In this document: piece by piece, positions 38,872 through 52,879 of the stretch | Layout of the letters: each line of letters opens with the position of its first letter | Numbering within the stretch: the stretch's first letter is position 1 | DNA from: Octopus vulgaris | Lineage: Eukaryota | Direction: 5' to 3' | DNA: 64,000 nt | Assembly: GCA_951406725.2 (NCBI GenBank) | Contig: OX597837.1 | Span: 42,036,001-42,100,000, forward strand | Notes under the pieces: model-generated | Databases searched by the model: none | Told to the model about the DNA's origin: nothing | Seen by the model: the letters and a program-made list of their open reading frames with translations, nothing else | Position numbers and translations under genes: made by a program

Positions 38872-40175
38872 GTGCTGTACACTGGAACTGAACCCAAGAC
38901 CACATGACTAAGCAGTAAAATTCTCAACAACACACACAGACACACACACAATGGATTTCTTTCAGATCTCATCTACCAAATTCATCACAAGGCTTTGGTC
39001 AACTCAGAATTATGAGAGAAGACACTTGCCCAAGGTGCCACATGTTGAAACTGAACCCAAGATCACATGGTTAGGAAGCAAGCTATTCAACCACACATCC
39101 TCACCTGCCCTTGTATATGTACACAAATACATAAACACACACACACACACCACAATGGATTAGTTTCAGATCTCATCTACCAAATTCATCACAAGTCTTT
39201 GGTCAACTCAGAATTATGAGAGAAGACACTTGCCCAAGGTGCCACACATTGAAATTGAACTCAAGATCACACGGTTAGGAAGCAAGTTATTCAACCACAC
39301 ATCTCACCTGCCCTTATATATGTACATAGATACATAAACAAACACACACACATACACACTCACACAATGGATTTCTTTCAGTTCCCATCTACCAAATTCA
39401 TCGCAAGGCTTTGATCAACTCAGAATTATGAGAGAAGACACTTGCCCAAGGTCCCACACATTGAAATTGAACTCAAGATCACACGGTTAGGAAGCAAGCT
39501 ATTCAACCACACATCTCACCTGCCCTTATATATGTACATAGATACATAAACAAACACACACACATACACACTCACACAATGGATTTCTTTCAGTTCCCAT
39601 CTACCAAATTCATCGCAAGGCTTTGATCAACTCAGAATTATGAGAGAAGACACTTGCCCAAGGTCCCACACATTGAAATTGAACTCAAGATCACACGGTT
39701 AGGAAGCAAGTTATTCAACCACACATCTCACCTGCCCTTATATATGTACATAGATACATAAACAAACACACACACATACACACTCACACAATGGATTTCT
39801 TTCAGTTCCCATCTACCAAATTCATCACAAGGCTTTGATCAACTCAGAATTATGAGAGAAGACACTTGCCCAAGGTCCCACACATTGAAATTGAACTCAA
39901 GATCACACGGTTAGGAAGCAAGTTATTCAACCACACATCTCACCTGCCCTTATATATGTACATAGATACATAAACAAACACACACACATACACACTCACA
40001 CAATGGATTTCTTTCAGTTCCCATCTACCAAATTCGTCACAAGTCTTTGGTCAACTCAGAATTGAGAAGACACTTGCCCAAGGTGCCACACGTTGAAACT
40101 GAACCCAAGATCACACAGTTAGGAAGCAAGCTATTGAACCACACATCCAAACCTGCCCTTATATAGCTACATAGA
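38872..40175 (-). repeat. Tandem array of decayed SINE-B heads, 212-bp unit, 6 copies
   Basis: atggat at 38951, 39155, 39367, 39579, 39791, 40003; inner units nearly identical. Confidence 0.95.
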
Positions 40176-40999
40176 CACACAGATACATCAACACACACGC
40201 ACACACACACACACAAATGCACACATGCATGCACACAATTACTGCACAGAAATATAATCCAAACATAAACCATTGTGCTTTCACTAAAGTTTGCTGCGAA
40301 AGACGAAGGTCCATTACTAGTAGATAAACTTCCATTTAGAGCAGAGAAAGCAGATTACTTTACAAGTCACCGGAATACATTTATTCCTCTGGCCATATAA
40401 TACTTGCACTTCATTATCTCAACATCACATAACATTGGTGTTCATGAGAAATAAGAAAACGAGAAGATGTATGGAATCGACGTAAGAAATATATCTCCAA
40501 CAACACCTTTGTGTGTGTGTCTGTGTGTTTATGCGTGTAATCTCTGTGTGTGTGTACTATTAGATATATATACATTGCAGTTGGTAGTTTGACAACTTTT
40601 CTGGCATGACTAATCTTTCATTTGTTTCTACTTCATCACTTACCGATGATGGAGGTAGTAGTGTCGTTAGTGGTGCTGGTGGTGGTGATTATAACATACG
40701 TTGGTTCCTATTACTCGCACACATCGCAACACCTATATACTAAAATGTGGTTAATTTTACTAGAGAGATTAACCGCACACATGTTTATCTGCCTCGCCAA
40801 ACATTCATCTTGTTATGGATAACATATCACATGATTCATACAGAATATGTTTAGAGTAATTTAAACATACGAGCGCGTAAAATTACTCCGCTGTTGCTTG
40901 CCGAATCGGAAGACACATGATTTGGCCTGCTTCTATGTCATCCAGCGTATACACACACATCCATGTATATGAATGCTTTTAAATGTATTCCCCATATGC

Positions 41000-41398
41000 T
41001 CTTTCATTCTTTCATTTGTTTCGGTCATTTGACTGTGGCCATGCTGGAGCACCGCCTTTCAGTCGAGCAAATCGACCCCAGGACTTATTCTTTGTAAGCT
41101 TAGTACTTATTCTATCGGCCTCTTTTGCCGAATCACAAAGTTACGGTGACATAAACACGCCAGCATCGGTTGTCAAGTGATGTTGGGGAGACAAACACAG
41201 ACACATGAACATATACACACATACATATACATATATACGACGGGCTTCTTTCAGTTTCCATCTACCAAATCCACTCACAAGGCTTTGGTTGATCTTCTAT
41301 AATGAAAGACACTTGCCCAAGGTGCCATGCAATGAAGTTGAACCTGGAACCATGTGGTTGGGAAGCAAATTTCTTACCACACAGCCACACCTGCACCT
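41000..41398 (-). mobile_element. SINE family B, full length
   Basis: Tail at ~41000 to ccacacagccacacctgcacc head. Confidence 0.88.
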
Positions 41399-42004
41399 AG
41401 ATGTATCTTACCTTTGCCTTGACATTTTTAAACATACATTTTAAATCCGAGTTAAACTTTCATTTTCCAAAATATTTTTTATTCTAAGTCTCTTGAAATC
41501 AGTCCTCAATACCTTGTCCCATTTTCCCCCCTGTGCTCTCTTTTCCAGTTCTAGCCATTTGGATTTCTCATCGGCATGCTAACGTTTCTGCCAGCTCGTC
41601 GCAGAGAACTCACAGGTATATTTTTAAACACATCGTCTATAGAAACGCATGCAAATACACACACTTTATGCATCAAAATAGGCACACTAGCTATGATATA
41701 CACCCAATTTAACACATCACAGAATGAGGTTTATTACAAATTAACTTCCTCATTCTCTCTTTCTCCTTCTCTCATTCATGCAAATACAATATGTATGTAG
41801 ACAAGTACACATACACACACCTGCGTACAGGTAGTTCTATAATAAAAAAACACTCAAGAGTTTATTTGAGAAAATATATATCGCTAGGTGGCAATTTCTA
41901 TGCCATAATCAGAAAACAGCATTTTCTAACCAGCAGAAATGGACGTTTGTCACTTAATAGTTTGCCTGGGAATACTAGCAACGATATAGACATACATACA
42001 TGGA

Positions 42005-42040
<36 letters not shown>

Positions 42041-44297
42041 CACACACCCTTTTAAAGAATTGGCAATATAGAGTATATATATCTAGGAATTTTATAGTCA
42101 ACATAAATGTGGGGAAAAACAAGTGAAAGTATGTAAATATGTGAGAGATATGATGGTATATAAGAATAAATGTCTCCTCTAAGTGTAGACAGTGTTTCAA
42201 AGAAAGCGTATGTCTCAAAGCAAGAGACAGGAATACTGACACAAAAGGAGTTAAAATGTATGGTTCGCCACCCTCGCCACCCACTCCACCCGCTTCTTTC
42301 TTACCTTCCTCCTGCTTTATATTCAAATTATCTCCAAAATTATTTCCATCCTTAATGATATCATTTTATTAACAAGAAACATTATTTCAATTTATGGAAC
42401 TATAAAGACAACTTTTTTCTTTTTCTTTTTAAATCAGATTTCTCAAAACAGCTCTTAGACACACTGCATATGCTCACACACAGAACATACACACATTTAC
42501 AACTCTTAAACACAAACGTACACACGCACACACAGTGTGATAGACATGCTCATACATGTATCTACACATTTATATTTCTAAAAAAAAAAGAAATAAAAAC
42601 CCACACACTCATATACACATTTACAGCTCCAAAACATGCACTTATATACATATGCATACACAAGCGTAAATTCATTCAGGCACTACTCTTTCTGACGAAC
42701 ACAAAATTTTGAGACACAGGTTCTTTTGTTTGGTTTGGTTTTGTGTTGTTATCAGGAAATCTCTACAAGGAAATATTTTTCAAAAAATAACAATATAAAA
42801 AAAAAGGAAGAATTCTACAGCGATAACTTGAGTCTTATAGAAAGACTTCCAGCACTGACAATAAACATTATTTAGTATCTCTGTAAATCTCAGACTGTGT
42901 GTCCCCTAACAGAACAATAAATAGTAAAGGAGTGGGGGGGGGGGGGATATCAACAAATATTACACGGCAACAATAATATCAACAAGAACAGTGAAAACTG
43001 ATACTAAACAAGTTGAGACGTATCGAGAATCTCAAACGCGTTTTTTCTAGAAGCAAAACAGAGCCTTTGGCAATGAGAAATTATTGATTGATTGATAACA
43101 AAAGAAAAGAAAGTACAGAAAAAAAACCAAAAAACAAAAATCTGTGTGTGCATGCATGTGTGTTTGCATGTGGTGTGTGCATGAATAGGAAGCAGTGTTA
43201 CAAGAGATATTGTTGATATTAAGAATTTCACGCAGAACACTGATCCACGGCTGTTGTTAGAAAATAGAAATTTAATGAAGACGGTAATTGAGCTGAAGAC
43301 GGCGAACTACAACCGAAAGAGAATTGAATAACGGCGACCAATTTGCACAAAACTACAATCTCAACTTCACAGTTATCTCGGTGCTGCCAATTTCTCTCGC
43401 TCACCGAGATGTCTTACATTTTTGTCCTCAATAGAATGTGGTAACGGTTATTTGATGTTTAAGGTTTTTAAACTACTTGGCACAAATCGCTGAAATTATT
43501 TCCTCTTTAGACTTGATTACCTGTGTACGTATTTATATTCATTTTTGTCGGTTTCATGAAAGTCTGCTTGCTGCCAAGGGGCTGAAGAAATGGGTGAAAA
43601 CAATATGTTTATTATGCATAAGCAACCTTGACATAATTAAGGAAAGAAACGTGGAAAGAAATTGGACTTTAATTTACTGAAAGAATGCGGAGTAATTTTC
43701 CTGTTTTGCCAGTGCGAGCCGAAGGTTTCCATATCGTATGATTGATCGTGAACGAGGCTCGGAGTGTAATTGAGCAAAATAAATTAGAAACACAGAAAGA
43801 ACTGAGTAGGTGTCGGGGGATATTAGAAATAACGAAACTAATTCAATAATTTAGCACATGAGTATGAATGAGATCCATGATACAAGTACATTGAACACAA
43901 TACGAAAAAAAAGAAGGAAGGAGGAGAGGAACGAAAACAAACGAGCATATTGCTTTCTTTCAAATTTCTTGAAGGGTGGCGTGATTGATGCTGGGCAAAT
44001 CACAGTAAGCTTGATTAGATGATGATTAAATTTCCACTCAGGACGTTTTATCTTTTGATATTTATACTTCAAGACAATTTCAAAAGTTCAAATTGATTAA
44101 TCTAATTAAGCTTATAAGGGCAAGCAGGAGAGAAAAACCGTCTGAGGCAGGAGTCGAATGTTTGATGTTGTTGTGTTACAGCGGAACTACAAAAGTCGTA
44201 TGTGAAATATTCATCATGCTGATGTGGTGAATGTACAACAATAGAATAAAGAAATAGGATGGGACTCAATCAATCTAGAGAAGCTGAGTGTACATAT

Positions 44298-44339
<42 letters not shown>

Positions 44340-44529
44340 AGGGAAATAATTCAGACATGTGATGGAAACAGAGCATAAAAACTGGTTCAACATCTAAAGT
44401 ATTCTTGCAATACAAAAGCAAGGCTGACTTGAAGTAAATCATTGATGACCTACAAGGCATTTGTTAGAAGTGACCAGTGAGATTTGAAGGTTAATAAATG
44501 GAATGACAATTGGTTTTATACATACATAT

Positions 44530-44701
44530 AGGCGCAGGAGTGGCTGGGTGGTAAGTAGCTTGCTTACCAACCAAATGGTTCCGGGCTCAGTCCCACTGCG
44601 TGGCACCTTGGGCAAGTGTCTTCTACTATAGCCTCGGGCCGACCAAAGCCTTGTGAGTGGATTTGGTAGACGGAAACTGGAAGAAGCCCGTCATACATAT
44701 G

Positions 44702-44732
<31 letters not shown>

Positions 44733-45015
44733 CTGTGATTGTCCCCCTAGCATTGCTTGATAACCGATGCTGCTGTGTTTACATCGCTGTCACTTAGCAG
44801 TTCGGCAAAAGCAACCGATAGAATAAGTACTGGGCTTACAAAGAATAATACAGAGACAAACACACACAACGGGCTTCTTTCAGTTTCCATCTACCAAATC
44901 TACTCACAAAGCTTTGGTTGGCCCAAGGCTATAGTAGAAGGCACCCGCCCAAAGTGCTATGCAGTGGAACTGAACCCAGAACCATGTGGTTGGTAAACAA
45001 GCTACTTACCACATA

Positions 45016-45019
<4 letters not shown>
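44530..45019. mobile_element. Two SINE-B copies in inverted orientation (+ 44530-44848; - 44869-45019)
   Basis: Head/core 44541-44691 is reverse-complementary to 44869-45019. Confidence 0.88.
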
Positions 45020-45077
<58 letters not shown>

Positions 45078-45831
45078 CATGTATGCTTATGTATATACAC
45101 ACACATACATATAACTATTTGGAGAAAGTAGACTTTGAGAGACAATGACAAAAGCAATTAAAACAGAAAAAAAACCCACAAAAAACACACAAAAAAAAAA
45201 GACACAAAAAACCCCCCCAAAAAAGACACAAAAAGTGTATTATAATTTTTTGGGTTTCTGCAAAAACTTTATTTCTCTCTCAACACAAATAACTATAAAA
45301 TCGTACTTTGATAATCTATTTATGATTTTTTTTTGCATCTATTTCACACGCATCCACCACACACCCACCCTGACACACTAGAAGAACGGACGGGATATTT
45401 GCATAAGAATGGGGGGTGGGGATAGAGGGGGGGGGATAGGTTTCACGGCTCATTGCACCACTATTCGCAAAGCACTCAGCCGCGAAATATGAGCAGCACC
45501 AATTTACAGCTGGTCAGAGGGACGCATGAGCGGATATTAACAAACTGATACCTAGAGGACTGCATAATGGACTGTATCATAGTCAGAACTGATGTCTTTA
45601 GTAGTTAGTACCTGGAAAACTCTGGGGTATAACTCTTGCCTAGAATTACTTTATTTATGATCAATTTGCCTTTTTTTTATATTTATATATATATATATAT
45701 ACACATATATTTCTTTTTCGCTTTTTTTTCTTTTTTTTTTCCAGAAAATAAATTTCGGTGAAAGAGAAATACTTAACATAGGTACAAACATAAAAGGAGT
45801 CGTAATCTCGGAGCTAAAAATGAACAGACAC

Positions 45832-45834
<3 letters not shown>

Positions 45835-45908
<74 letters not shown>

Positions 45909-45973
45909 TCATATATATATATATATATATGTGTGTGTGTATGTATGTACACACATATATATACACATGTATG

Positions 45974-46015
<42 letters not shown>

Positions 46016-46101
46016 TTTGTGTATATATATATATACACACACATATGTATATATATATATACACACACATGTATATATATATATATATATACACACACAT
46101 G

Positions 46102-46152
<51 letters not shown>

Positions 46153-46172
46153 ACATACATACACATGTGTGT
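45835..46172. repeat. (TG)n/(TA)n microsatellite
   Basis: Directly visible. Confidence 0.95.
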
Positions 46173-46418
46173 ATAGTTTCCTATTAAAGTGTACGGCTAT
46201 GAATAATCCTTAAATAAAGAAACTCAGATTTTTTCCAAAGATTTCTGCAACCACTTTAAGACTTTTAGAATTATTGATCCGGTATTATTTGATTATTTTT
46301 TATTGGGCAGTTTATGTTGGATTACATCATTTCTATAGTGATTAAAATCCCTGCTGTCATCTATGAGATACATTAACAGCTTCTGCACAAATTGCACTTC
46401 ACATATTTATTCTACACC

Positions 46419-46452
<34 letters not shown>

Positions 46453-46584
46453 GTAACTTTATTTTGGGTTTTTCCTCTATTTTGTGTGTTCGTTTTTCTC
46501 TTTTTAATATTTGAGCAAACTTGTTTATAGAGATGTTAGAACATCCAGCTCCTTTGATAAATGCTTAAATGTGTGTCAGCGTCA

Positions 46585-47220
46585 GCGTGTGTGTGTGTGT
46601 GTTTATGTGTGAGTGGGTGTCTGTGTGTGTGCATGTGTGAGTGTGTGTGTGTGTGTGTGTGTGCATGTGTGAGTGTGTGTGTGTGTGTGTGTGCATGTGT
46701 GAGTGTGTGTGTGTGTGTGCATGTGTGAGTGTGTGTGTGCATGTGTGAGTGTGTGTGTATGTGTGTGTGTGCATGGGCGCACCCATCAAATCATTTGAAT
46801 GTATGTGTGTATCTGTGAGTACGTGTGTCCACATAAGCATTGAGATGTGTGTGTGTGTGTGTGTGTGTATCTGTGTGATGACGTGTGTAAGTGTATGTTC
46901 TTGTGTGTATGAGGTTGTGTGTCCATGTAACCACCTGAAATGTGCGTTTCCATGTGTAAGCACTGGAAGCATGTGTGCGCACGCATGTGCATGTGTATGC
47001 ATGTGCATGTGTATGCGTGTGCATGCGTATGTACATATCCATGGAACAACCTGTATGTGTGTGTGTGTGTGGCCCTGTGCCAATGCAACTATTGGGAATG
47101 TTTGTCTGTGTATACGTGTAACTATCTCTGTATATGTGTATGCGTGTGCAAGAGAGAGCATGTGTATGTATGTGTGCACATGTGCATGAATGTGTCTGCG
47201 TGTGTATACATGTATGTCCA
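46585..47220. repeat. (TG)n/(TGCA) low-complexity tract
   Basis: Directly visible; produces His/Thr and Cys/Val ORFs. Confidence 0.9.
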
Positions 47221-47521
47221 TGTAACCTGTGGGAATCTACATCAATGCACAGACGTTTACAGACACTCAGCAACAGCCGTTTTTTTTTTCTAAATATTTT
47301 TTCTGTTTTCTTTCTTTTTTTTTATTATTATTAAATATTATATACGCAGAGCCATAAAGTCTTTTGAGTAATATAAAAACTAGGGAATTGTGACATTTAT
47401 GCATTTCCCCCAAAGGCATTAAGCAACATAAAATGTGTTACAAATTGAAACTAAAAACTAGGTTGCAGACAGTGTTTGAGAACTTAAAAATCGCTGCACC
47501 ACATGCCCACAACAGCAACAC

Positions 47522-47569
<48 letters not shown>

Positions 47570-47571
<2 letters not shown>

Positions 47572-48005
47572 CGACATGAGCATCCCCTGTGATCATAATA
47601 TCTCGGCGAAAGAGTTTGACAAGCTCAGAAAATATAAAGACCTGCTCATTGAAATTGCGGAAATGTGGCATCTGAAGGCGGTTACAATACCAGTGATCGT
47701 AGGAGCACTAGGAATGATCAAGAAGGGAACCGAAAATTATATGAGAATGATCCCTGGCTTACCATCCCTGCAAGAAGTGCAGAAGATTGTCTTAACTGGT
47801 ACATCACACGTATTGAGAAGAGCATTGTCGATGTGAGAACTATTACTACCCATGTATTTTAATTTAACTTAAAAAAAAAAAAATGAACGAACTAGTGAGT
47901 TTAGTTTAATGGCCTACCAATGTATACTATGAGTTTCTTTGCCCTGGGAGTCGGGAAGACACTTGGCAAGAAATGGAAGCAAATTTGAAAGAAGAAAAGA
48001 AAAAG

Positions 48006-48006
<1 letters not shown>
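47570..48006 (+). pseudogene. 5'-truncated R4/Dong-like LINE end (RLE C-terminus, open frame)
   Basis: IDMSIPCDHNISAKEFDKLRKYKDLLIEIAEMWHLKAVTIPVIVGALGMIKKG...VQKIVLTGTSHVLRRALSM*; long (TAA)n on both sides. Confidence 0.9.
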
Positions 48007-48066
<60 letters not shown>

Positions 48067-48089
48067 CAATAATAATAATAATGGGCTCT

Positions 48090-48380
48090 CCTGTTGAAGA
48101 TGACATATGAGTGTTCAGCTTTTGCTGAATGACCTGCCCAAATGATTTGTTTATGGTGATCAAATGCATGTGAAGTACATAAGGTTCACTTTCTCCATCG
48201 AATCGTCATTTCCTGAATAGCTACATGATGTGCAACATGTCAGGTGTCGAAATGATTGCAGAGCAACATGAGATGAAGTATCTTGCTCAAGAACACAACG
48301 AACCATGTGGTCTAGGAATTGAAATCACGATCTCACAATTGCGAGTGCAACACCCTAACCTCTAGGCTATACATCCTCAC
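48090..48380 (-). mobile_element. tRNA-derived SINE family D variant, diverged
   Basis: tgaagtatcttgctcaagaacacaac...ccctaacc on + strand; related to 35700-35950 and 49630-50078. Confidence 0.6.
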
Positions 48381-48462
48381 AATAATAATAATAATAATAA
48401 TAATAATCATCATCATCATCATTTCCTTCAGTCTTAATAATAATAATAATAATAATAATAAT

Positions 48463-48858
48463 CTTCCTTCTATAGGCACAAGGCCTAAAATTTGTGGGGA
48501 AGGGGCCAGTCGATTACATTGATCCTGTACTCAACTGGTACTTATTTTATTGATTCCGAAAGGATGAAAAGTAAAGTCAACCTTGCCGGAATTTGAATTC
48601 AGAACGTAATGACGAATGAAATACCTATTTCTTTACTACCCTATAAGTGGCTAAACACAGAGAGGACAAACAAGGACAGACAAACGGATTAAGTCGATTA
48701 TATCGACCCCAGTGCATAACTGGTACTTATTTAATCAACCCCGAAAGGATGAAAAGCAAAGTCGACCTCGGCGGAATTTGAACTCAGAACGTAGCGACAG
48801 GTGAAATACCACTAAGCATTTCATCCGGCATGCTAACATACCTGCCAGCTCACTGCCT
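48463..48858 (-). mobile_element. SINE family C dimer (one head, two bodies with different tails)
   Basis: Junction on minus strand again reads aaagaaata|ggtatttc near 48625. Confidence 0.85.
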
Positions 48859-49374
48859 TAATAATAATAATAATAATGATAATTTGGAAATGCTATCATG
48901 TACATGTTTTGCTTTGATGTTAAAGATGGGCTACAGCAAATATTCTGCTCAATACCATCGATTGGCTGGCTTGTCATTTGCTTGACCTTAACCAGTTGAC
49001 CATGTCCCTTAATGGCTGATGATACATGCATCTCTGAACATGAGCAGAAATAGTGGGGGGAGCATCATAGCCATGCGTTGATAGGGATTCTATTGGGTTT
49101 GAATAATTCACCATCAGAAATATTCTTCAAACTTTCACAACCCTTATTCAGGAACCCTTTGAGTAGGATGGGTTACATGATTTGAAGAAAATTCCGTGTC
49201 CCACCTGCAAGTTTATGTGCCATTTATCATGAAATGAGGTCACCATGTCACACACACATGGTTGTACCATTATCAGACAGGTAGTCATGATGGGAATATT
49301 GGGCTTTGTATATGTGTACCCCAGCATCACTTTGATGCAAGGTGCTGCTCTCTCACTCAGTAATAAGGATAATG

Positions 49375-49608
49375 GTTTCAACTTTTGGCACAAGGCCAGC
49401 AAGTTTTGAGGGAGTGGTTAAGTTGACTACATCAAACCCAATGCTCAACTGGTACTTATTTTATTGCGTCCCCAAAGTCGATCCCCTCCTCACCGTGGAT
49501 GAAAGGCAAAGTTGACCTCGGCGGAATTTGAACTCAGAACGTAACGACAGACGAAATACCGCTAAGTATTTTGCCCAGTGTGCTAACGTTTCTGACAGCT
49601 TGCCGCCT
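49375..49608 (-). mobile_element. SINE family C (alternative tail)
   Basis: gaaaggcaaagttgacctcggcggaatttgaactcagaacg...gacagcttgccgcc on + strand. Confidence 0.8.
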
Positions 49609-49629
49609 TTGTATGTTTCTCTGACATAT

Positions 49630-50078
49630 CTATCCCTCCCTGGATGGGATGCCAGTCCATCGCAGGGTCACTAATTTTAACTAGCTGAGTGGACTGGAGC
49701 AACGTGAAATGAATGAAGTGTTTTGCTCAAGAACACAATGCGTCGCCCAGTCCAGGAATAGAAACCGCAATCTTACGATCATGATGCTGAAACCCTAACC
49801 ACTAAGCCACGTGCCTCCACAAATAAATGCGCCCATTTAAAGCCTAGCCAGGCTCATGGGCCCAGTTTCCCAGTTTCTATGGAGTATGTGTTCCCCAGCT
49901 GGATGGGACGCCAGTCCATCGCAGCGTTACTCATTTTTGCCAGCTGAGTGGACTGGAGCAACGTGAAATGAAGTGTTTTGCTCAAGAACACAATGCGTCG
50001 CCCAGTCCAGGAATAGAAACCACAATCTTATGATCATGAGACCAACATTCCAACCATCCTAAGCCATGCACCCCCACA
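49630..50078 (-). mobile_element. SINE family D tandem pair
   Basis: ctggatggga(t/c)gccagtccatcgcag...gtgttttgctcaagaacacaatgcgtcgcccagtccagg...aagcca twice; tRNA-like head on the minus strand. Confidence 0.8.
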
Positions 50079-51336
50079 ATATCTAATAATGATTTTTCAT
50101 CATGACACAAGGGAAGGGGGATTTTTTCCAATTAAATAACCACAAGACTGCCACGTGGTATTTTATTGCTCCGAGAGGTGTTTAAACTCACGAATACAGA
50201 ACAACGGAATGGAATGGTGAAAAGTAATTTTAGTTTTACAGACTTGACTCTATTGTCTCCACCATTACTGTGACCTTATTTTCAATGAAATATACTGAGT
50301 ATGTTGTTTCAATTAATTTTGGAAAATAATTAAGATTTAGGAGCAATTTAGTCAAATAATTAACTTTTCCATTATTAATTTGGTGTTTATAACACAACAA
50401 TAGATTGATTCACATATGAAATTCTAATGAAAGGTTTTAATTTGAATATGAACACTTAATGACAAAACACGAGAATTTTATATAAAAGGACCAGAGGCAG
50501 TCTCAAGTGGGTTAATATTAATAGGGGTTATATGTAATTAAAGAACAACAACGACAACAACAAAATCCCAGTAAATTAAGGGATTGCTAGAAACGGACCT
50601 CCTAATGCTGTCTGTATGAAAAATAAAAACACACCCAGCATACACTGTAAAGTGGTTGGGTGTTAAAGAGGGCATCCAGTCATAGAGACAATGTCAAAGC
50701 TTACACAAGAGTTTGGTGCCGCCTTAGGATTCCTGTTAAACCGCTCCTCTGTCCAACCCATGCCAGCGTGGAATATGGACCTTAAAGACGATGATGATGA
50801 TGATGACATTATTTTACTGACCATGGAAGAATGAAAGCCAAGGTCGACCACATTAAACACACTGCAAAATTTAGCATCATATTTCTACATTCCCAATTCA
50901 TCATTTTGGGAATTGACTGAAATAAATACCGGAATTATGTTGTGGTTCTTTCCAAGAAATATTTATTTTTATTATAAACAATCATGAATATGTGTGAATG
51001 CACACAAGTACACACACACACACACAAACACGTACATGCATGCATACATACATATTGTACAGTTAAATGTGACTTTTGAATGATTATGTCTTAATAACAT
51101 GTCCTGTGCTTTCACTAACTGAATAGACAGATCTTTCTTAAGGGCCCTCGCCCCCTTGGTTCAACAGAACATACAAAATGTGACAATCTGCATCAGCATT
51201 TACTGTAGACTTATGCAATGAAGTCAAGGACACATTCTATTATTCAGTCCAAGGACCTGAACCCACAATCTTATGACCATGAGCCAAATGCTTCCATGTG
51301 TGTGCATGTGTGAATGTATATGCATATGTATGTGCA

Positions 51337-51369
<33 letters not shown>

Positions 51370-51670
51370 GCACTTTCCACATACGCACACAGACATACAT
51401 ACACACACACACATATATATATAGAGAGAGACAAGGTGGAGGGAAGGAAGAAAGGAGGGAGAGAAATCATGAACACACACACACACATGCACACGCACAC
51501 ACATGTACAAAATGTGCAAGGTGTCCATGCAGTGTTTGATTGTCGCTGCAATGAATTGCTAATAGTTAAATTATTACTGCGCTCCTTCTTACCCCCTTCT
51601 CCCCACCCCTTCCTCGTCCTCCTCCTCCTCCCCCGCCGCCACCACTGCCTTCCTTTACTTACTCTTCAAG

Positions 51671-51679
51671 CAGGAGAAG
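51671..51679 (+). other. Candidate microexon (or end of an upstream exon) with consensus donor
   Basis: ~100-nt AG-free pyrimidine tract, ttcaag|CAGGAGAAG|GTAAGT; tandem acceptor gives 9 or 6 nt. Confidence 0.4.
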
Positions 51680-51874
51680 GTAAGTAAGTGTCTGTGACTA
51701 AGTGGGGGTATATTTTTTTTTTTTTTTTTTCCATTTTTTTTTTATGGCACTTCTGTTCCGCCTATCAACTTGTCTCCAGAGAAATCATGAAAATTCAATC
51801 TCAGCCAAGAAATGAAATTGGACAGAAATCATTTATTCATTTATTTATTTACTTCTTCCACCAAAGTGTGTGCC

Positions 51875-51910
<36 letters not shown>

Positions 51911-52222
51911 CATTTCGAAAAAGCGTCACACAGGTCTGATTGGATGACGAATGATAAAAGGAACTTGTCTGCGGATAAGATGCACCCACCGTCACCGACT
52001 TTCTAGACTTTTTTTTTTGCTCAATGTGTGCATGTGTGTGTGTGTGTATGTGTGTGTGCATGCATGTAAACATATATATGTATATATGTATGAATGTTTG
52101 TTTTTCTTGGAGATTTGCAGGTTGTATGAATCTGTCTGTCTATCTGTCTGTCTATCTGCCTTGTTCTTTCTCTCTACAATACGTGTGTAATACGTGTGTG
52201 TGTGTGTGAGTGTGTGTGTGTT

Positions 52223-52264
<42 letters not shown>

Positions 52265-52837
52265 TAAATAAATGGAGTTTAACGCAGATGTAATCAAATA
52301 TTTTTACTTTCGACACATGTTTCGAAAATTCCACTGATACTATTCAAAAGAATAAATGGTATAAACAATGCAATCTTCTCCTCAGGAAAGTGAAAAAACG
52401 AAACTCATCAATAAGACATTTTAGCAAAATAAAAAAAAAAATATATATATATATATATACATACATACATGCATGTGTGTGTGTATACATACATATATAC
52501 ACACACACTCATATGAGTATGGATGTCTGTGTCTGCATGTCTGTGTATATGAATGCATGTATACTTGTATTTATGTATATATGTGAGTGTGCATGTGTGT
52601 GTGTGTGTGTACATACATACATATATATATATACAAACGTACATACATGTGTGTGTGTGTATACATACATATATATATATATATATATACGCACACACTT
52701 GTATGAATATGGATGTTTGCGTCTGCATGTCTGTATATATGCATGCATATATACTTGTATTTATGAATATATGTGTGTGCATGTGTGTGTGTGTGTGTGT
52801 GTGTGCATTTATCTTTCACAAGTTTTGATATTAAATC

Positions 52838-52879
<42 letters not shown>

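Noticed and set aside
43716-43762. Imperfect hairpin sharing ttcggctcgc (minus strand) with miR-375
   Set aside because: The miR-375 seed region is absent and the stem is short and bulged.
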